Of a stretch of 64,000 nucleotides of DNA, positions 50,301-64,000 are shown one piece after another. The notes under the pieces were generated by a model. That model did not search any database. It worked only from the letters and a program-made list of their open reading frames with translations, and was not told the DNA's origin. Each line of letters starts with the position of its first letter. The first letter of the stretch is position 1. The stretch comes from Lingula anatina. Its lineage: Eukaryota > Animalia > Brachiopoda. The stretch lies in assembly GCA_051362555.1 (NCBI GenBank), contig CM120641.1, forward strand, positions 45,700,401-45,764,400. The letters run 5' to 3'. Position numbers and translations under genes: made by a program.

Positions 50301-53161
50301 GACTGAGGAAGAAAAAAAGACAAGGGTCTGGTACAAAACGACAACATTGCCGCAATAATTAATATCAAGTAGTCTAGTGGGATTTCCACAAAATATGAAT
50401 AGTAGGGGCATTTTGGGGTAAAAGTTGGGAACCAGGCTTATTAGCCGATTAACCCGGCTCCCAAGCGAATTTTTGCGTTTTAAACTGTCTAATTTGCAAA
50501 AAACAAAATGGCCGTCAGATTTCCAATTTTCTGCAACATCTCTGTAACTAGACTGGCGAATATGACAAATGAAGTGTCTTTACCTATATTTTCAGGGTCG
50601 AGGAATATAATGAAGATATTTCTGTTAGAATTAGATTTAGACAATTTTCCTAAATATGCAAATTAGGACCGCCATTACTGAAAAACCGTAGGGAGCTTGC
50701 GGAGTCAGCCGAAGATTGCCGACTGGACAATGGATGGAAGTCACGTGACTAAGTGCCCAGCGACCGTGCCATTTTCAAAAGAAGGGTGAAGTTAAACCAC
50801 AAATACATGTTAAACGACATGCCCCCCTTTGATTCACGGGGTGTGATGATTATGAATTCCGTCAACTCATCTTATATCGCCTTTAGTAACCTTATTCTTA
50901 GCACACATCCACATCCGTTTGAAATTCAGTTTAATAGATAACCAGGCTGTGGCTGACAATGGCTTAGGTATTTTGCGGGAAGCCTGTAGCTTATCTATTA
51001 TGAGCATTCATTTCTTGGACCTGAAAGAAAACACATTCTGGTGGTTTTAAATATTTATTCTGAAGTCGGATACTGTCGTGGCTGCAGCGTTCCGCAAAAC
51101 ACGTGATCTGTTTGGGGGTACTCACATAACAAGGTTACGCGTCAGTGTAGCCGATTGCATTTTAAGTTCAAAATATTCTATACTGAATCACATTTGAACT
51201 TGTTATTTACATTATTTTGGTATTTCACTACACAGATGAACCTACCGTCTACCAGGGTGGCAGATATTATAGGGAAATTTCCCGAAAGCCAGAGAACCAA
51301 ATTGACCGTCTATTTATCCAGGGAATTATATCCAATATAATTCCCTGGTTAGAGTAACAAAACCGGTTTCAAAGTAAGTCCCATAAACTAAGCTACATAT
51401 GCAACGTCATTATTTTTCAAATATAATGCCAGATGGCTCACAACTTTAAAAAAAAAAAAAAAAAAAAAAAAACGCAATTGATTTCAGGGGGGGGGGGGGG
51501 GGGGGGGGGCAACTTGCCCCGCCACGGGTCGGGGCCACTTGGCACCCTATACGAAAATGAAGTAAGTATCCCATGTAAACGCCTTGAAATACATTTTTAT
51601 GCATTTCAAATGTATTAAATTGATTTTCGAGTCTTTGATGACTACATACTTCAAATAAGGGAGATTTATTGAGGTTTCCGTCCGTCACGTTGAATGTGTT
51701 GCAAGAACCAAAATATCTATCAATAAAATTTGTTTTGTTTTAATTGAGAATAAATAAATAATAGCATAAGGCAGGTTTTTGAATGAAAACGAATAATGAA
51801 TTGTCGTTAAAAAAAACAAATTCGGTTTTAAACTGGTAATTTTTTTTTTGTTTCAACAATGGCCTGTAGCTCGATCTGTTGCACGCACAGGATTGTGGTC
51901 AATAGGGGCCTTTGGGGGTCCATCTTGCCCCGAGTCATGGGGGCCGACTAGCCCCAGGTCCACAATTTTTAGATTTAAGGATTGCAGCCGTTTATGATGC
52001 AAGAATGGACTACGTTAATACATTTTTTGTAAAATTTCAAACAATAAGCTTTAGTTTGATGCCCTATACGTTGTTATGAACCTTTACATATATAGGCCTA
52101 CATATGAGATGAATGTCCTAAACTTATATAATTTTGTACGCTTAATTCAAGCGTGGGCTCGAAAGAGGACATTACGTTTTAGACTTAGTGGATAACGCAA
52201 TCCAAAGATTCCACGGTTCGTGTCAGATTTACGTAAGATCGCGCAAAGAAAAACCAAGTCTACATAATGACCAGTTTAATGGTGTATTGGTTGACTCTCT
52301 CTAACTACAGTACATCATCTACGTGAAGCCTCCAACTTCTATGCCGTCTCCCATGGCTCTGTCGAGCGGTCACCTTCGAGTCTTCTTCAGTCTGAACTCC
52401 CGATATTAATTCTGCACGTCTTTTATACAATATTTCTTATCACATGGTGGATTCTATGCTGCATTATTTGACGGTAGGGCCTACATTTAATTATTCAAAT
52501 TGCACACGTCCACTTAAGTTAGGCCACACTTTTTTAATTTTATGGATGACATCCTGCGCGCGCACCGATTTTCGCCCGTTCTCCGAAAAAAAAAAAAAAA
52601 ATCCCCCCCCCCAGCCCCCAACGAAGTCGGTTGGCGCAAACGTCATTAGTGAATTTGCCAGGAAATGAGCTTTCTGCGCATGCGTATTATCGCCACGTGG
52701 AAATGTGGCCGCTTTGCCGTCAAATTCATCTCTAGGATAACTTTCAAATTACACGACAATTAAAGTCATAAAGAGAACGGGTGCCGTCGTTTTGGATTGG
52801 TATGCCATTGATATTGGGAATGGAGATATCACCTTTTTACAATTGTGCGAAAGGCTGGCGGCCGCCAGCGATTATCGCCCGAAAAATTTCAGTGACATTC
52901 TGTACAAAGCAGCACATAGGCTACCAGGTTTTCTGTAGCGAAAAAAGGGTCGACAAGGGCGTCGAGGTATTTGGTGGGCTGAAGGTCGGACAGGCCACCT
53001 GACAGTTTGGCCGTGTGAGTCGAAGTAGACAAAATGGCATCGTCCGAAATGACCTTTAATAGATTTGGTAGTATTAAGCATATCTTTGCATCATTATTTT
53101 AAACATTTCTGTGAAGTGTTCAAAGTGCTTTAATATTCTGAGAATACGAATAAAGACACAC

Positions 53162-56157
53162 CCCAGACAGCCTCAATAATCTGGCCCACGTCTGGCCCAG
53201 ATCTGGCAACGTCTGGCAATATCTGGGCCAGATTTTGCCAGACACTTGCCAGATCTGGGCCAAGTCTGGCAAAGTCTGGCATTTATGCCACATTTTGCCA
53301 GACACTTGCCAGATCTGGGCCAAGTCTGGCAAAGTCTGGCATTTACGCCACATTTTGCCAGATGCTGCCCAGACTTGGGCCAGATATGGTACTTTCATTT
53401 TCAATTTTTATTTTCTATTTATTTATTTTTATTGACCAGTGAGCTGAATGCATTGAACTGACGTCATTTGATAAATTTTGATTTAATTTATCTCTCTCTT
53501 TTTTCTTCAAAGTCCCCTCATAAGTGTGCTATTTGTTTAATTTGACTTGACATTTGAATGAATTCACTGATCTAAAACTTTTTTGGACTACTCGTTCCGC
53601 TGTTGTAAGATTCCGCTTTTTATGCTAAGCCGGTCAAGGACCCGGATGTAGCGTTTCTTAGAGTTATGGATATGAAAAAAGCACAAGCGTATCAAACTGA
53701 TACAATTTCGTTGAGTGATTTGATTCGTGGTGCGATTTATTTCGAAGGCATCAACACTGGCGACGAGGATAAACACTAGTGCAAAACTGTGAGTCAAGTT
53801 TCTTTGAAAAAAATGGAGAAAAAATGTGAAATTACGGAATTCGAACCGTACAGAAGTCCGGAGACATTGGGTCACGCTCGACGCGATGGCTAGACAGTTT
53901 AAACTTTTCGCTGACGGAAAAAGATTGATCTTTTCAAAACCAACGAACGGCATGAATAATGAACAAAGATAGAAAATTAAAAATACATGACAAAGGAGAC
54001 GCGCGCTTATGTTGTATTCAGCAGGGACAGGTGTACAACTTACAAGATATTTTCAGGACTCTCCCAAACACAGGTTAGAAACATGAATATACATAAGACA
54101 GTTAACGCTTTGAATGAAATTGGAACACCAGAAACTGAGTATGATGAAACTGAAGTCATTTGACAAACGAAGCCAGTCTAAACATTACGAGTTTAGACAT
54201 GAAAAACGAAGTAGAAACTCCCTGACTGAGAAAACATGGAACGTTGGATCACTTTGCAAAACTCTGCAAAACTGAAACTATTATTCATGTAAATGACAGC
54301 TTTGAACATGAAAATCCAGGAGTGCATTCACATTTGGTGTGGGAACCAATGCACAGAAGACATGGAGGAAATAGAGGAGGTGTTAATCTCAGTGTATTAC
54401 CAGATTCAGGTGCATATTGTAATATCATTGATGAAAATACATGGAGAATGCTGAAATCCAAGAAAAATAAATGTGGCTCTTGTGGAGGACCAGAAAACAA
54501 ACAGTATTATTCATGTACACGTCTGAGAAACCTTTAAAAGTGAAGGGAACATTTGAATATGACGTAAAGGCAAGCAAAGGAAGAGACCAGTAGTAGTGAA
54601 AGGACATGGGATTTGATATGAGTTGATTAGTTTTGAGAATTTTCAGTGTGGTTTAAGGAATAAAAGTTGGAGTTCATATGCTATTCTGCAAATGTTTGAA
54701 AAGACATTTTAAAGACTGAACTGTCAATTAACATGTTTTGAAAGGACCGTTTCTCTCCAAGAAAGGAAGGGATGTTGTGTTTGGACTTGACATTTGAATG
54801 AACTTTTGTTAACTTGGTAGAGTTACTTGTTCCATTGTTGATTCCTTTAATAATTATAAGCTTGTCAAGGAGGCGGGTGTATCATTTCTTAGTGTTATGG
54901 ATTTGAAAAAAGCGCAAGCATTGCAAACTGGTTCAATTCATTGAGTGATTTGATTCGTGATGTGATTTAATTCAAAAGCATTGATACTGGGGTTTGTTTT
55001 TGTGCACATGTAATTCTCTTTTAATTGTACATCTATATCTGTGCTGGAGTATACATATTTTTTTTTCAGAATTTACATGTATGTACAGTACTGTAGCCAG
55101 CATGCAAGTTGAATTGAAACAGTTACTGCATGGTTATTTATAATTTTGTTATAACTCTCCATCATCTAAAAAAGAATGTTTTTTCATTCATTATTCAAGA
55201 TTTATTCATTACAAAACTATATTCATTAGTGATTATTATTATTAATGATATGTTTGAATTAGTTTAAAAATGACAATGTATAATATTATTTAGGTTGAGG
55301 TGTGCAAAAATATTTCCCCCTCAAATCCCCCCCCCCCCATGTACATGCATAATTAATTACAATTTTTGTAATTTGTGTTAATTCAGATTCGATGAGCAGC
55401 TTTGTGTTGAAAAAAAAATTGTTGTTATAACTGTTTTCTTTACATGTATGTAAGTGACATTTCCTCCTGTTAAGTGTCTGTATATTTGCCTTTTTGCAGT
55501 GTGTTTTTTTTTTTTTTTTTTTCAAACATACAAATTGTTTTGTACAAAAAGACAAGGAGTGGCCCTTAATTTGTTGCATGTTAGTTGCCAGCAAGGTTAT
55601 ATAATGTGTAATAATTTTGTTTAGGCTTTTAGCACAGAATAAATACTTGAATCTTGAATCTTGTATGTCTTTTTTATAGTTATCTTATTGAATAATTAAA
55701 AATAATTAAAAAAAGAAAAAAAAAAAACAATCTGGGCCATATGTGGTCCATGTCCGGCCCTAATCTGGCCCACATCCGGCATGCCATACCTTTGCCAGAT
55801 ATTGCCAGATCTGGGCCAGATCTGGCCACATGAGCAAATGTGAAATAATAAAAAAAAAACAATCTGGGCCATATGTGGTCCATGTCTGGCCCTAATCTGG
55901 CCCATTTGAATATGATCTGGCCCATATCTGGCCCACATCTGGCATGCCATACATTTGCCAGATATTGCCAGATCTGGGCCGACATCTGGCCATATGAGCA
56001 AATGTGGACTGGGCCAGATGTGGCAATGTCTGGGCCAGATCTGGCCCAGACATTGCCACATCTGGCCCACATGTGGCAAGCCATACCTTTTGCCAGACAT
56101 TGCCAGACGTTGCCAGATCTGGGCCAGACATGGGCCAGATCACTGAGGCTGTCTGGG
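53162..56157. mobile_element. ~3.0-kb non-autonomous CACTA/EnSpm-type DNA transposon
   Basis: TIRs begin CCCAGACAGCCTCA at both ends, with a 2-bp AC TSD. Arrays of GCCAGATCTGGGCCAGA-type subterminal repeats lie at 53162-53390 and 55729-56157. Confidence 0.85.
53534..54986 (+). mobile_element. Degenerate, internally deleted Gypsy LTR retrotransposon nested in the EnSpm element
   Basis: Diverged ~215-bp direct repeats at 53534-53756 and 54773-54986. PBS-like TGGCGACGAGG at 53758-53768 and a purine tract AAGAAAGGAAGGGA before the 3' LTR. Gag-like remnants (WLRQFKLFADGK..RRALMLYSAG..DIF) and a retropepsin remnant (GGVNLSVLPDSGAYCNIIDENTW). Confidence 0.75.
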
Positions 56158-57649
56158 ACTGTTTGTTTGATATTTGTTTTATTGATTGCCATACCAACAA
56201 AATGCATGAAATAACCTTAATAGATTTTGTAATAAAAAGTATATCTATCCATGACTTTTTTTTACATTTCTACGAAGTATTCACAATGCTTTAATATTTT
56301 GAGAGCATGGATAAAGACATATTGTTAGTTTGATACGTGTTTCTGTGGTAAAAGTTGTGTTTCCAGCTGTGTACTGACAGCATTCCTTTACTTAAGCAGT
56401 ATTTTTTTTTTGACCGTTTTTTTTTTTTTTTTCGCCCTCTCGCACCGATTTTGGGGTACCCAGAGGATGTCATCCATAAAAATAAAAAAGTGTGGCCTTA
56501 CATGATTACAGGTAAGGTCATAAACGAGTCGAGTGCACAAGCAATCGACTCTAATCAAATTAATTAACACGCCTGGGAATCATATTTGTGAACTCTACAA
56601 CGTATAGGGCCTACTTTACTCTATCAAAAGCCTATGAAAATAGATTTTTAAATCTCTTAAACAAAATTAGGCCTACTTTTAGGTGCAAAAATCGCTTATT
56701 TGGACTCACCGCTTAAGTAAAACTTTTTAGCGTCCGACACTTCCTTAGCATTGCAGGCTACGGTCACTTTACAAGAGAATGTGGCCATTTCTTAAACCTC
56801 GAAGTTAGGCCTACTTTTCCATAAACTGACGGGGGGTCAACTAACTCGATCCGGTCGCCGGCCCTAAACTCACGTAGGCCCTACATCTCATGTCACATCC
56901 CCTTTATCGCAGTCTAATTTTTGTTGGCATTAAAAAAGTGCAATTATTTTCTGAAGGGTTGTTATTTTTAAAACTTTCGTTACTCAAACCTCTGTTAGGC
57001 CCTAGCCTACTAAAGGCGAAAACTGTGCACACAAAATGTAGGCCTAATATGGCATGAATCAGAAAATGTTTGCAAATGAAAACTAGATTATAATCACTTT
57101 TGGCACCAGAGTTTAAGAAAAAGTAGAATCCGCAAATATATCTATAACTTCATTTTTCAGTTTTCTTCAAATGGACCTACATGTAGGCCTATATATAGGC
57201 CTATGTTTAAGCCTACATCCATGATCTGGGGTACCGTAGGAATCTGACCGAGTGTTGCCTGAAGTCTCTCATGAATCCTTTTCTTGTTAATATTTTAGTA
57301 ACTCTTTAGAAAATAATTATAGGCTAAACGAAGTGTTTAATTGTTATTGGGAATAGGCAACTTGGTTTACAGATGGTGATTTCCTCAATGTTTTATGTGT
57401 AATAGGCCTACCCTGTTGCTAAAGGGCTTCAAAAGGGGAAATTGCTGAAGGCGCGGTACGTGTGCGCACGCACCGTCTGCCGCAGTTATTATTATTTGGA
57501 CATTTTCGCTGAGGCATAGAGGCAGTACAGAGATTAGCCATCTATTTAACCAGAGATATCTGTGAATATCTAGTGAAAATACAATGTGACCCTGGTAGAG
57601 GTTACAGTGTGCGGGCGTTTTTTTTTCTCTGTACTCTAGCTAGGAAAAC

Positions 57650-57709
57650 CTCAAACTTCCGGTCGCAGTCTTCGCAGTCCTATCTTGAACACATCCGGGC
57701 CATTTCAAA
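57650..57709 (+). promoter_or_regulatory. PSMC4 proximal promoter/5' UTR with ETS-like (ACTTCCGG) and YY1-like (GCCATTT) motifs
   Basis: Motifs lie directly upstream of the ATG in a CpG-rich patch, typical of housekeeping promoters. This is a motif match only. Confidence 0.35.
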
Positions 57710-63928
<6,219 letters not shown>

Positions 63929-64000
63929 TAAACATAAAAGCCTTACTGTAGACAAATAATCCTCTGAATTGCTGATAGAGTACATCTGTAGTCATCTATG

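Noticed and set aside
47400-53100. Possible hidden gene or ncRNA in the CpG-rich interval after the CYP array
   Set aside because: Only short ORFs, TE-like fragments and TAGGCCTA-rich sequence were seen. No spliceable coding chain, tRNA cloverleaf or known RNA motif could be supported by eye; Rfam and RepeatModeler searches would be needed.
55680-56294. Overlapping 100-175 aa ORFs on both strands (also 53120-53461)
   Set aside because: They are translations of the stop-poor EnSpm subterminal repeats and have no recognisable domain.
56515-56532. 18-bp exact match (AGGTCATAAACGAGTCGA) to the K-helix codons of CYP copy 2 (34806-34823), a possible relic sixth CYP
   Set aside because: No flanking similarity or P450-like translation was seen on either side, so it is compatible with chance.

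Overview
AT-rich animal genomic DNA with GT-AG spliceosomal introns. It is probably a lophotrochozoan or other marine invertebrate, but the taxon cannot be fixed from the sequence. From left to right the window holds: (1) a class I GLUT/SLC2A1-like hexose transporter on the minus strand, with two tandem paralogous last exons encoding alternative TM12 + C-tails; (2) a head-to-head stomatin-like protein 1 gene (STOML1/unc-24; SPFH + SCP2), with a 64-bp tandem repeat that copies one exon end and its splice donor; (3) a tandem array of five two-exon clan-3 (CYP3-like) cytochrome P450 genes, of which copy 4 is frameshifted; (4) a transposon-rich interval, including a CACTA/EnSpm-type element that carries a fossil Gypsy LTR element; (5) the 5' part of PSMC4 (Rpt3), with a hAT-derived element inside a (TA)n tract in intron 2. 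Two leads stand out. All five P450s lack the canonical I-helix acid (AGYET becomes AG[FY][SG][TA]) and instead carry an Asp exactly four residues downstream. The GLUT gene may switch trafficking signals by choosing between its last exons, since ExxxLL occurs only in the distal one. All exon boundaries were read by eye and no database search was run.
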